Positions 8,928 to 19,144 of a DNA stretch of 64,000 bases are shown here, in pieces (the first letter of the stretch is position 1; every line of letters starts with the position of its first letter). The position numbers and the translations under genes are program-made. The stretch covers positions 1,824,001 to 1,888,000 of the forward strand of contig OY969801.1 in NCBI GenBank assembly GCA_963703225.1. The letters run 5' to 3'. Source of the stretch: Candidatus Eiseniibacteriota bacterium (GTDB taxonomy: Bacteria > Eisenbacteria > RBG-16-71-46 > SZUA-252). The notes under the pieces were generated by a model. That model saw only the letters and a program-made list of their open reading frames with translations, was not told where the DNA came from and made no database searches.

Positions 8928-10569
8928 CGCCCTGGTCGGAATCCACCGGAGGCGGCACGCGGCCGCCCTGCTGTGGGTGACCGCGTGCCTGTTCCTGGCC
9001 GCCGCCCCCCGCGCGGTTTGGGCGGACGCCGCTCGAGTGCAATACCTATCGACCACCAATGTCTACCTCGACGCCGGCAGCGCCGAGGGCCTGGTGGACG
9101 GTGCGACCGTCACGGTGAAGCACGGCGGCAAGGAAGTGGCCCGACTCACCGTGGTCTACGTCGCCCAGCACTCGGCCTCGTGCCGGATTGAATCGTCCAC
9201 GGAGCCCGTGCGGGTAGGAGACGTTTGCTCGTTCTCGAAGACGGCGCTCTCGGACAGCGCGGGATTCCCCGGAGCCGCCCCGTCCCCTTCCGTCTCCGCG
9301 AACCCAGAACGCGAGAGAGCGGCCGGGGCAGGGGCGGAGGACCGGGCGTGGTCGCCGCCGCGCCACGTCGGCGGGCATATCATGACTCTCTACACGCGCA
9401 CCTCCGCCGAAGGCGGGAGCTACGAGAACCCCTCTGTCCTCGGAGATCTTCGATGGAGCGGTCGCCGCGAAGAACAGGTTTCGCTTCGAATCTACGCCGC
9501 GCAGCCCTCGAGCCACGCCGTCACCGATCTTCCCGGCTTGGCCTTCAACGAATCTCAGTCCCGCGTCTACGAGGCCGCGGCCCAGTACCGAGATCCAAGC
9601 GGGAGGCTCGAGGCGGCGGCTGGGAGATATCTCGCCCCGCGACTGGAGGCGCTCGGATATCTCGACGGAGCCGGGGCTTTGTGGCGCGCGCGCCCCGGCG
9701 TCGCGATCGGCTTCGCGGGTGGAAAGGGATCCGACCTCGGCGTGGCGGGCTTCAATTCGCAGGGAGCCCGAGCCGGCGGGTGGATCGAGTTCGGGAGCTC
9801 TCCGAGGGCTACGACTCTCCGCTGGCGCGCGCTTCTCTCGGGCGGGTATATGGGCGATTCCGCCATCACCCGGCGGCAGTATGTCGCGCAGCGCCTGGAT
9901 CTCTGGCCCGGCCGGAACAGCGTGATGTACCAGAGCGTCGAAGTCGACTTCAACCCGGGCTGGAAGCGCGCGCTCGGAGAGGACGCGATGACGCTCACCG
10001 CTTGGTCCGTGGGGGGAAGCTTCCGGTTCCAACCGCGACTCTGGTCGACCCTGGCCTTCGACTCTCGCCGGCCCTTGGTGCTCCCCGAGCAGCGATTCAT
10101 CCCCACGCTTCCATCTCCCGACCGGTACACGGGGCTCCACGCCTCATCCCGATACGATCTGTCGGTGGATCAATCGGTCTGGGTGGGCGGCGCCGTACGC
10201 CGCCGGGATCGAGACGGCAAGATGTATGAGTCGTGGGACGTCGGGCTGAATTCGCGGCGCCTCATCGCCCAAGACCTCTCCGGCGGCGTCCACGCCTACG
10301 GATACAACGACGGCCCCGCCCAGGGGATCAACTCCGACGCCGACCTCACCGCAAGGCTTCGCTCCTGGAGCACGCTGGAAGTATCGGGCGGGTATGGGGC
10401 CACGCTCGGGGACGCCGGGGCCGCAGGGGTGCCGCAGTACCGCTCGCGCTGGGTCCGGGCCGGCCTCGACCTGCGCGGACCGCAGGGTTCCTGGCTCCGA
10501 ATCGCGCACGAATGGCAGGGCGGCGGGCCCGGCAACGAGCTGACCGCCGAGCTCGGCTTCGCCTTCTGA
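8914..10569 (+). CDS. Putative outer-membrane beta-barrel (porin-like) protein with an N-terminal beta domain
   Basis: Signal peptide; amphipathic Gly/aromatic-rich strands; C-terminal 'ELTAELGFAF' ending in Phe like a BAM beta-signal; start uncertain (8887, 8905 or 8914). Confidence 0.65.
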   Translation: MAACSALVGIHRRRHAAALLWVTACLFLAAAPRAVWADAARVQYLSTTNVYLDAGSAEGLVDGATVTVKHGGKEVARLTVVYVAQHSASCRIESSTEPVRVGDVCSFSKTALSDSAGFPGAAPSPSVSANPERERAAGAGAEDRAWSPPRHVGGHIMTLYTRTSAEGGSYENPSVLGDLRWSGRREEQVSLRIYAAQPSSHAVTDLPGLAFNESQSRVYEAAAQYRDPSGRLEAAAGRYLAPRLEALGYLDGAGALWRARPGVAIGFAGGKGSDLGVAGFNSQGARAGGWIEFGSSPRATTLRWRALLSGGYMGDSAITRRQYVAQRLDLWPGRNSVMYQSVEVDFNPGWKRALGEDAMTLTAWSVGGSFRFQPRLWSTLAFDSRRPLVLPEQRFIPTLPSPDRYTGLHASSRYDLSVDQSVWVGGAVRRRDRDGKMYESWDVGLNSRRLIAQDLSGGVHAYGYNDGPAQGINSDADLTARLRSWSTLEVSGGYGATLGDAGAAGVPQYRSRWVRAGLDLRGPQGSWLRIAHEWQGGGPGNELTAELGFAF

Positions 10570-10654
10570 TTCCCCTCGTCTGGCTCCGCGCGGCCTGACT
10601 CCACCTTGTCGGTCACGAAACTCCGTGGCATGATCTCGGGCTCGTCGCTCCACC

Positions 10655-12742
10655 ATGCCGAGTCCTCAAGGAGGTATCGTGTTCCGACCCTTTGCTTGCC
10701 GATTCAATCAATTCACCCGCGCATGGATCGTCCCGGTGCTCGTCAGTTTGGCGTTTCTCCTGCCGACTCCCTCGGCCGCCGAGGACTCTTCGGCAACGGC
10801 GCCGCCGGCGTTCTTCACCGGGGCCCCCGATCTGCCGACGTTCCAGTCCGGCGTGGAAGACGAGTTGAAGGCGGCGCAGGCCGCTCTCGATGTCCTCCTC
10901 GCCCAGAAGGGAAAGCGGACCGTCGAGAACACCCTCGTCCGCTACAACGAGATCATGACCCACGCCGAGAACGCGATCTATGAGTCCCATCTCATGGAGT
11001 TGGTCCATCCCGATTCGACCTACCGCGCCCGCGCGGAGGAGCTGACGCAGAAGGCGAGCAAGTTCATCGACGATTTGAGCTTGAACCGGCCGGTCTATGA
11101 CGCCCTGGTCAAGGTGGATCCCAAGAAAGAGGACGCGGCCACCCGGTATTTCTTGTCCAAGACACTCCGAGATTTCCGGCTCGCCGGCGTGGACAAGGAC
11201 GAGCCAACACGGAAGCAGGTATCGGCCCTTCTCGACGAGCTGACCAAGACCGGTCAGGATTTCAGCCGAAATATCCGAGGCGACTCGAGGACCATCCAGG
11301 TCGATGGCGTGGAAGACCTGGCGGGGCTGCCGGAGGACTTCGTCAAATCGCACCCTCCCGGACCCGACGGGAAGATCACGCTGAGCATCGAAAACCCGGA
11401 TTACTTCCCCATCGTCCGGTACGCAACGAACGGCGAGGTCCGCCGCCACCTCATGTACGAAGACCTGAATCGAGGCTACCCGGCCAACATGGCGGTGCTC
11501 GACTCGCTCATCGCCAAGCGCTATCGCGTGGCGCGGATCCTCGGCTACCCCACGTGGGCCGACTACGTGACCGTGGACAAGATGATCGAAACTTCCAAGA
11601 ACGCGTCCGACTTCATCGAGCGCCTCCGCGAGACGACGTTCAAGCGGGCTCAGGAGGAATACGCGCTCTACGTCAAGCGGAAGCAGGAGGACGACCCCAC
11701 GGCGACGCAGGTCAACCGCTGGGAGATGGCCTATTACGGCCGCTTGATCCGGAAGCGCGACTTTGATTTCGATCCCCAGGAAGCCCGGGCGTACTTCCCC
11801 TACGACCTGGTGAAGCAGGGCGTGCTCGACGTGACCTCCAAGATGTTCGGCGTCACGTACAAGAGAATCGAAAACGCGGCGGTCTGGGACCCAAGCGTGG
11901 AGGCTTACGAGGTCTACGACGGATCGAAGCTCCTCGGCCGGTTCTTCTTCGATCTCCACCCGCGCCCCGGGAAGTACAACCATGCGGCCAAATTCACCAT
12001 CCACCAGGGGGTCCGCGGAGTGCAGGTCCCCGAGCACGTGCTGGTCTGCAACTTCCCCGGCGGAAAGCCGGGTGATCCCGGTTTGATGGAGCACTCCGAC
12101 GTCCAGACCTTCTTCCACGAATTCGGACACCTGCTCCACGCGATTCTGGGCGGCCAGGGACGCTGGGAGCCCGTGTCGGGGATCGCGGTCCAGCGCGACT
12201 TCGTGGAGGCGCCGTCCCAAATGCTCGAGGAATGGATCTGGGACGCCAAAGTGCTCCAGACATTCGCGCGCCACTACCAAACCCAGCAGCCGATCCCGAC
12301 CGCACTGGTCGACAAGATGCGCCGCGCCGACGCGTTTGGACGCGCGCTCAACACGGCGACCCAAGCCTACTACTCGGCCATCTCGCTCAACATCTACAAC
12401 ACCACGCCGGACCGGGTGAACACGGATCAGGTCGTCACGAGCCTCGAGCCCCGGTTCACGCCCGTTCCCAGGATGGACAATACCCACATGCAGACGTCGT
12501 TCGGCCACCTCGACGGATATTCGGCCATCTATTACACCTACATGTGGTCGCTGGTGATCGCGAAGGACATGTTCAGTCGGTTCCACAAGGACGATCTGCT
12601 CGAGCCAACGGTGGCGGAGGAGTACCGGGAGGCTGTCCTCGCGCCGGGCGGCACCAAGCCGGCCAAGGAGCTGGTGCGCGATTTTCTGAAGAGGGACTAC
12701 GACTTCAAGGCCTTTGACGCCTGGCTGGCGGGGAAGAACTGA
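10655..12742 (+). CDS. M3 family Zn oligopeptidase (thimet/oligopeptidase A-like), probably exported
   Basis: 'TFFHEFGH', 'DFVEAPSQMLEEW', 'DLHPRPGKY', 'FGHLDGYSAIYYTY'; hydrophobic N-terminal signal-like segment. Confidence 0.93.
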   Translation: MPSPQGGIVFRPFACRFNQFTRAWIVPVLVSLAFLLPTPSAAEDSSATAPPAFFTGAPDLPTFQSGVEDELKAAQAALDVLLAQKGKRTVENTLVRYNEIMTHAENAIYESHLMELVHPDSTYRARAEELTQKASKFIDDLSLNRPVYDALVKVDPKKEDAATRYFLSKTLRDFRLAGVDKDEPTRKQVSALLDELTKTGQDFSRNIRGDSRTIQVDGVEDLAGLPEDFVKSHPPGPDGKITLSIENPDYFPIVRYATNGEVRRHLMYEDLNRGYPANMAVLDSLIAKRYRVARILGYPTWADYVTVDKMIETSKNASDFIERLRETTFKRAQEEYALYVKRKQEDDPTATQVNRWEMAYYGRLIRKRDFDFDPQEARAYFPYDLVKQGVLDVTSKMFGVTYKRIENAAVWDPSVEAYEVYDGSKLLGRFFFDLHPRPGKYNHAAKFTIHQGVRGVQVPEHVLVCNFPGGKPGDPGLMEHSDVQTFFHEFGHLLHAILGGQGRWEPVSGIAVQRDFVEAPSQMLEEWIWDAKVLQTFARHYQTQQPIPTALVDKMRRADAFGRALNTATQAYYSAISLNIYNTTPDRVNTDQVVTSLEPRFTPVPRMDNTHMQTSFGHLDGYSAIYYTYMWSLVIAKDMFSRFHKDDLLEPTVAEEYREAVLAPGGTKPAKELVRDFLKRDYDFKAFDAWLAGKN

Positions 12743-12771
12743 CGCGGGCCACGCCCCGCTACAGCAGGCTC

Positions 12772-13197
12772 CTACGGCGCGAGTTTTGCGTCCATCGTAA
12801 TCTTGGCGTTCAGGAGCTTCGATATCGGACATCCGGCCTTGGCCCCGCTGGCCGCCTTCTCGAACGCCGCGCGATCCCCGCCGGGGATCCTCGCCGTCAC
12901 CTCGAGGTGGCTCGCCGTCACCGCGAATCCGCCCTCCACCTTTTCCAGGGTGACATGGGCCGTGGTCCGGATGCTCTCGGGGGTGATCCCCGCTCCACCG
13001 AGCTCGGCGGAGAGAGCCATCGAGAAGCATCCCGCGTGCGCCGCCGCAATCAGCTCCTCTGGATTGGTCCCCTTCCCATTCTCGAAGCGCGTCCCAAAGG
13101 AATAGGCCGCGTTCGAGAGCACCCCGCTCTCCGTCGAGACCGTTCCCTTCCCCTCTTTGAGGCTGCCACGCCACTCGGCGGATCCTTTGCGAATCAT
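12772..13197 (-). CDS. osmC: OsmC family peroxiredoxin
   Basis: '[20 protein letters not shown]' and 'CPISK'. Confidence 0.95.
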   Translation of the reverse strand: MIRKGSAEWRGSLKEGKGTVSTESGVLSNAAYSFGTRFENGKGTNPEELIAAAHAGCFSMALSAELGGAGITPESIRTTAHVTLEKVEGGFAVTASHLEVTARIPGGDRAAFEKAASGAKAGCPISKLLNAKITMDAKLAP

Positions 13198-13340
13198 GAT
13201 GCCCTCCTCGCGTTTCGCGGCCTTCCTACACTTGGGAGATCATCGTAGCGCATTCTCCGAATGCGTGAAACCACGGGGACACCTCCGAGCGTGCGCTGGA
13301 CTCGAAGCGTGCGTTCGGATAGCGTGCCAAGTCGCGACCC

Positions 13341-15578
13341 ATGAAGAACAAACGCTCCCGGTCCCAATCCCCCGCGGCGCCGGCGCCTGCTGTGAAGCGT
13401 CGACAAGCCTCTCGGTTCGCTCGCCCCGGTCTCCTTCTGCTCCTCTCCGTCTCCCTGGTCGTTCGTCTCTGGGGAATCACCGACCGCCTCCCCAACCCCT
13501 CCCTCGGGATTCGCGTTTTCGACGACAGCGTGGTGGAAGAGACCGACCGAGTGACGATGGGAATGGCCTGGAGCATGTGGCAGGGTGGGACGGGGCCGAT
13601 CGACCTCAACCCGCATACGGGTGGCTGGCCCGCGCTCAGCGCCTACCTCACCCTCGGGGTTCAAATGTCGTGCGGGGCGTGGTTCGCGGTCACCCACTTG
13701 GGCGCCGGAGCCGCCGCCTTCGCGCGGTACGCGGAAGCCCATTGGGATTCGCTCTTCCTGGCCGCCCGGTGCGTGGGGGTATTGGTCGGCGTCCTGTCGG
13801 TGGCCCTCACGTTCGGGCTCGGCTCGGCCCTGCTCGGCGAGGGCGCGGGGCTCGCCGCCGGCCTACTCCTCGCCCTGAATCCGCTCCACATCCAGACGTC
13901 GCAGCACGTCGGCGATCCCAACCTTCTCGCGCTTCTCTTCGTCCTCATCGCGGCCCGCGCGATCGTCCGCTTGGCGGAGTCCGGCGCCCTTCGCGATTCG
14001 GTGACGGCCGGAGTGGGGATCGGCCTCGCGACGGCCAGCAAGTACGCGCCGATCGTTCTCCTCCCCGTCCTCGTCTTCGCCCACGCCGGCACGGAGGGGC
14101 GGCCCTTCGCGCGGCTCGCGGGGGCCCTGCGAAGCCGAGCGCTCTGGATCGGTATCGCATCGGTCGGGATCGCGTTCTTCATCGCATCGCCGTTCACGGT
14201 CCTGGACTGGAGCACGACCGCACGAGACCTTTCGATCCAGCGCGAGCGGCTCCTCTCCAATTGGGTCGGGGAGACGACCTTCCCGATCTCGCTCCCCTCG
14301 TATCTTCTCAGCGCGCTGCCGAACGCACTCGGCTGGCCTGTCTACCTGCTCAGCCTCGCGGGAATGGTTACGCTTTGGCGATCGGGAAGGGCCGGGAGGT
14401 GGATCGTCGCGATTCCGCTCCTCCTGATACTCGCCAACGGGATGCTTCGGACCGCCCAGGAGCGCTACGTGCTCCCCGCCATGCCGATCTTGGATGTAGC
14501 CGCGTCGGCCGCCTTGCTGACGGCGGGAATCTGGATTTCTGGGCGCGCCAAGGCCACCGGCCGAGCCCGGGCTCTCGCCCCCGCCGCCTTGTTCGTGCTC
14601 GGCGCGGCGTGGCCGCTGCCCGCCTATGTGGCGACACGCGCGTCCCTCGCGTTGCCCGACACGCGCCACGTGGCTCGTGCCTGGATCAACACCCACATCG
14701 ATCCAGCCCTGCCCATGGCTGTCGAGGTCTACGGTCCCTCGTTCAACACACTGAGGCGGAACGAGCGGGCGGCTGTGACGTGGCCCTTTTACGCCACGCT
14801 CGCGCCGCTGGTCCGCCCCGCCTATCACTATTCGTTCCTGGACGGGCTCCGGTACGTCGTTCTATCGAGCGAGGTGTCGCGTCGATTCGAGTCGACGCCC
14901 GGGTCGTACCCCACCGAGGCGGCGTACTACGCCCGGATTCGCGAGCGGACGCAGCTTGTCTGGACGCCCGACTCCACCCTCGCCGCGGGACCGCGAGTCG
15001 AAGTTCGCGCGCTGCCTTCCGCGATCAGCACCCGTTCGGAACGCGACAGCATTTTCGTCCAGCTGCTCCCTCGGCCGAACGGATCGGACCGTCTCGCCCT
15101 CTGGTGCCTCCAGATGGCGCAGCTCTTCGCCGAGAGAAGTGAGTTTGACCGGGTGGAGGAATGGGCGAGCCGGGGCCAGCGCGTCGGTGCCACGTCCTTG
15201 GATGGCGAGCTAGCGGCGACGCTCGCCTACGCCCAGCTCGCCCTGGAGCGCCCAGCCGATGCGGAACGGACCGCGCGCGCCGGCATCGCAGCCGCGCCGG
15301 GGAGCGCCGCGCTCCACCTCTATCTCGGCGTCGCTCTCCGGTCGGCGGGCCGAAACGAGGAAGCGCTCGAATCGTTTCGCCGCGCGTTTGCCCTTTCCCC
15401 GGAACCCGAGGTGAGGGTCTACATGGCCGAAACCCTCGCGGCGCTGGGGCGCCAAGCCGAAGCTGCCGATCTCTACCGGCAGGCAGCCGCCGCGGAACCC
15501 GACCCGGCGCAAGCCGAACGGCTCCGTGATGAGGCGGCGCGGCTGGAAGTGCCCCCCAGCTCGTCGGCGACCCGGTAG
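13341..15578 (+). CDS. GT-C (ArnT/PMT-like) membrane glycosyltransferase with C-terminal TPR repeats
   Basis: Multi-TM core with an acidic first loop (VEETD), 'GLATASKY' and 'ERYVLP'; Ala-rich TPR-like helices at the C-terminus. Confidence 0.78.
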   Translation: MKNKRSRSQSPAAPAPAVKRRQASRFARPGLLLLLSVSLVVRLWGITDRLPNPSLGIRVFDDSVVEETDRVTMGMAWSMWQGGTGPIDLNPHTGGWPALSAYLTLGVQMSCGAWFAVTHLGAGAAAFARYAEAHWDSLFLAARCVGVLVGVLSVALTFGLGSALLGEGAGLAAGLLLALNPLHIQTSQHVGDPNLLALLFVLIAARAIVRLAESGALRDSVTAGVGIGLATASKYAPIVLLPVLVFAHAGTEGRPFARLAGALRSRALWIGIASVGIAFFIASPFTVLDWSTTARDLSIQRERLLSNWVGETTFPISLPSYLLSALPNALGWPVYLLSLAGMVTLWRSGRAGRWIVAIPLLLILANGMLRTAQERYVLPAMPILDVAASAALLTAGIWISGRAKATGRARALAPAALFVLGAAWPLPAYVATRASLALPDTRHVARAWINTHIDPALPMAVEVYGPSFNTLRRNERAAVTWPFYATLAPLVRPAYHYSFLDGLRYVVLSSEVSRRFESTPGSYPTEAAYYARIRERTQLVWTPDSTLAAGPRVEVRALPSAISTRSERDSIFVQLLPRPNGSDRLALWCLQMAQLFAERSEFDRVEEWASRGQRVGATSLDGELAATLAYAQLALERPADAERTARAGIAAAPGSAALHLYLGVALRSAGRNEEALESFRRAFALSPEPEVRVYMAETLAALGRQAEAADLYRQAAAAEPDPAQAERLRDEAARLEVPPSSSATR

Positions 15579-15583
15579 GGACC

Positions 15584-16562
15584 GTGGCGAGTTTCCGACG
15601 CTCGATAGCGACCCGTTGGCTGCCGGGAGCCTTGCTGTTGGGGCTGCTCTTGGTCCTCGCGTTTCGCGCGGTCGAGTGGCAGAGATTCTCCGAGCTTCTG
15701 CGGGGAGCCCAGCCCGCGTGGATCGCTCGCCGCGGTCGCGCTCCAGATCTGCACCTACGTTTGCGCGGCTGGAGTCCTCCATCGAGGGGTCCGGGCATCC
15801 GAGGTCCACCGGCCGCTCATTTCGCTCATTCCACTCGGTCTCGCCAAGCTCTTCCTCGACCAAGTGGTGCCCACGGGCGGAATCGGAGGGACGCTGCTTG
15901 TGGTTCGCGCCCTCGAGCGGCGTCGAGTTCCGCTCGGCGTGGCGACCGCGGCGGTCGTCGTCAATACACTGGCGTTCTATGTCGCTTACGCCTCCGTCGT
16001 TCTCGCCGCGCTCGCCGTGCTCTGGTCCCGGGGAAGAATCCATCCGGCGGTTCTCCTGCTCGTCACGATCTTCGCCGTCTATGCCACCGCGGTTCCCGTG
16101 CTCATCCTCTGGCTCGTGTATGGCAAACCCCGGACGGTGCCCGCCTGGATTCGACGAATTCCGGGGTTTGACGTCGCGTTGCGTGGTATCGAGGAAGCAC
16201 CCTCGTCAACGCTTCGGCGGCCTCTGCTCTTTCTGGAGGCGAGCGCGCTTCAAATCGCGATTGTCCTGCTCGATGCCGCGACTCTTCTCGTTCTGATTCG
16301 CTCGTTGGGCCACGAGGTCGCGTTCCCATTGGTATTCACCAGCTTTGTCCTCGCCTCCATGGCCGCTACGATCAGCCTCCTGCCCGGCGGCATCGGATCG
16401 TTTGAGGCGGGCTCGGTGGCATCACTGCTTTCCCTGGGCGTCCCCCTCGAGGTCTCGATCGCGGGCACAATCTTGTTGAGGGGCCTCACCCTCTGGCTGC
16501 CGATGATTCCCGGCGTCTGGTTCGCGCGGCACGAGATGACGCCAGGGAGTTCGGCCGCGTGA
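15584..16562 (+). CDS. UPF0104 / lysylphosphatidylglycerol-synthase-TM (flippase-like) membrane protein, one apparent frameshift near 15725
   Basis: 'VPTGGIGG', 'LPGGIGSFEAG', 'LLRGLTLWLP'; the N-terminal TM is in another frame (ORF 15584). Confidence 0.8.
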
Positions 16563-19132
16563 CGGCGGACGAGAGATTGCTTCCTCAGGCCTACTGGAGC
16601 GTCGACGGGGACGCGCTCTACCACGCGCTGGGCTCCGGTCGCGACGGGTTGAGCCCCGATGAGGCGAGAGCCCGGCTCCGGAGCGCGGGCCGAAACGAAA
16701 TCAGCGCGCGACGCGCGGCGGGCCGCCTCGAGATCTTCTTCCGACAGTTCAAGAGTCCGATCGTATTGATCCTGCTCTTCGCCGTCGCCATCTCCTTTGG
16801 CCTCCGCCACTGGTCGGATGCCGGAATCATTCTCGCCATCATTTTCGGGAGCGCGCTCCTGAGCTTTCGCCAGGAGTATCGTGCCGGCGAGGAGGTCCAA
16901 AAGCTCCAGGCCCGAATCTCGCTCCGGGCGACCGTGGTGCGGGGCGGCACGACGGTCACCATTCCGGCCGCGGAGATCGTGCCGGGGGACATCGTGCTCC
17001 TCTCCGCGGGCACCCTGATTCCGGCCGATGGAATCGTCGTGGAGGCGCGCGACTTCTTTCTCAACCAGGCCGAGCTGACGGGCGAGACGTTCCCGGTCGA
17101 ACGAAAGCCCGGGCCGGTCGCCGCGGAGACACCCCTCGGCGGCCGCACGAACTGCGTCTATCTGGGAACGAACGTCCGAAGCGGCACCGCCCGGGCGCTG
17201 GTCACGGGCACCGGTTCGGCGACCGAATTCGGCCGGATCGCGCAGCGGCTCCGCCTTCGTCCTCCGATGACCGCGTTCGAGCACGGAATTCAGCGTCTTG
17301 GATTCCTGCTCACGGAAGTGACGCTGATTCTGGTTCTGGCCGTCTTCGCGATCAACGTCGCCTTCCACCGCCCGGTGCTCGACTCGCTCCTCTTCTCTCT
17401 CGCGCTGGCCGTTGGACTCACGCCCCAGCTCCTGCCCGCGATCATCAATATCACCCTCTCGCGAGGCTCGATCCGGATGGCACGCCACGGCGTCATTGTC
17501 CGCCGCCTCGAATCGATCGAGGAATTTGGCGGCATGGACGTCCTTTGCACGGACAAGACCGGAACGATCACCGAGGGTACGGTTCGGCTCGATCGCGCGG
17601 TCGACCCGGCGGGCCTCCCCTCGGAGGAAACCCTGCGGCTGGCTGCGTGGAACGCCCGCTTTCAAACGGGCCTCCAGAACCCGCTCGACGAAGCGATCCT
17701 CGCGGCGTCGGCTTCGAGGGAGGAGCCCGGGACCACCGGCTCGGGCGATGTCCAGAAGCTGGACGAGATTCCCTACGACTTCCACCGCAAGTGTCTCAGC
17801 GTCGTGGTGAGCCACGACGCCCAGCCTCTTCTCGTGATGAAGGGCGCCGTGGCAAACGTGCTTTCGAAATGCTCGAGAATCTTGGAGAACGGTGAGGAGG
17901 TTCCCCTCCGTAGTCCCCGCCTCGAGGCGTTGAACCAAGCCTATCTCGAGTGGAGCGGACAGGGCATCCGCACCCTCGCGATCGCGACCAAGGCCGTGCC
18001 CGGCCGCGACGTCTATGGCCGCGACGAGGAGACAGAGATGACGTTCCGCGGCTTTCTGCTCTTTCTCGATCCGCCCAAAGCCGGCGTTCGAGAGACCCTG
18101 GCCGATCTCAAGTCCCTTGGGGTGGAGGTCAAGATCATCACCGGCGACAACATGCTGGTGGCCAAGCACACGGCGGAGGCGATCGGACTTCCGACTACGG
18201 AAATCCTGACGGGCTCGGACCTGGACCGCATGCGCGACGAGGCGCTCTGGAACGCCGCCGACCGAGCCTCGATCTTCGCGGAGATCGAGCCGAACCAAAA
18301 GGAGCGGATCATTCTCGCGCTCCGGAAGATGGGTCGGGTGGTCGGGTACATGGGAGACGGGATCAACGACGCGCCCGCTCTGCATGCCGCGAACCTCGGA
18401 ATCTCGGTCGAGCAGGCCGTGGACGTCGCCAAGGAAGCCGCCGACTTCGTCCTCCTGTCCAAGGACTTGCGCGTGCTCCACGAGGGCATCTTGGAAGGGC
18501 GGACGACCTTCGCGAATACCCTGAAGTACGTCTTCATGGCCACGAGCGCGAACTTTGGGAACATGTTCAGCATGGCCGGGGCGTCGCTTTTCCTCCCGTT
18601 TCTCCCGATGCTCCCCAAGCAGATTCTGCTCATCAACCTGCTGACCGATCTCCCGGAGATGGCGATCGCGGGAGACCGGGTCGATCCTGAGTTCCTGGAG
18701 CGGCCGCACCGGTGGGATGTCGGGTTCGTTCGCCGGTTCATGCTGGTGTTCGGCAGCCTGAGCAGCCTGTTCGACTTCCTGACGTTCGGCGTCCTCGTCG
18801 CGGTGCTCCACGCCGGACAGGCTCAATTCCACACAGGGTGGTTTGTCGAGTCGGTCGTCTCCGCCACCCTCATCATCTTCGCGGTCCGCTCGCGGCTCCC
18901 GTTCCATCGAAGCCGCCCCAGCCGCACCATGGCCTTGATTGCCCTCGCGGTCGTCCTGGCGACGCTCCTGCTTCCCTACTCTCCACTCGCGCGGCCGCTC
19001 GGCTTCGCGCCGGTGCCACTGGCCATCCAGGCGTCCATCGCGGGGATCGTCGTCCTCTATTTCCTCGCGGCGGAGGGGGTCAAGCGACTCTTCTACCGCC
19101 GGGAGCTTGGGGCGCCGCCCCGATCGGTCTGA
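16559..19132 (+). CDS. mgtA: Mg2+-translocating P-type ATPase
   Basis: LTGE, 'AVGLTPQLLP', DKTGT, 'NPLDEAIL', 'MGDGINDAPAL', 'SANFGNMFS', 'TGWFVES'. Confidence 0.92.
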   Translation: MTADERLLPQAYWSVDGDALYHALGSGRDGLSPDEARARLRSAGRNEISARRAAGRLEIFFRQFKSPIVLILLFAVAISFGLRHWSDAGIILAIIFGSALLSFRQEYRAGEEVQKLQARISLRATVVRGGTTVTIPAAEIVPGDIVLLSAGTLIPADGIVVEARDFFLNQAELTGETFPVERKPGPVAAETPLGGRTNCVYLGTNVRSGTARALVTGTGSATEFGRIAQRLRLRPPMTAFEHGIQRLGFLLTEVTLILVLAVFAINVAFHRPVLDSLLFSLALAVGLTPQLLPAIINITLSRGSIRMARHGVIVRRLESIEEFGGMDVLCTDKTGTITEGTVRLDRAVDPAGLPSEETLRLAAWNARFQTGLQNPLDEAILAASASREEPGTTGSGDVQKLDEIPYDFHRKCLSVVVSHDAQPLLVMKGAVANVLSKCSRILENGEEVPLRSPRLEALNQAYLEWSGQGIRTLAIATKAVPGRDVYGRDEETEMTFRGFLLFLDPPKAGVRETLADLKSLGVEVKIITGDNMLVAKHTAEAIGLPTTEILTGSDLDRMRDEALWNAADRASIFAEIEPNQKERIILALRKMGRVVGYMGDGINDAPALHAANLGISVEQAVDVAKEAADFVLLSKDLRVLHEGILEGRTTFANTLKYVFMATSANFGNMFSMAGASLFLPFLPMLPKQILLINLLTDLPEMAIAGDRVDPEFLERPHRWDVGFVRRFMLVFGSLSSLFDFLTFGVLVAVLHAGQAQFHTGWFVESVVSATLIIFAVRSRLPFHRSRPSRTMALIALAVVLATLLLPYSPLARPLGFAPVPLAIQASIAGIVVLYFLAAEGVKRLFYRRELGAPPRSV

Positions 19133-19144
19133 TAGAATCAACCC

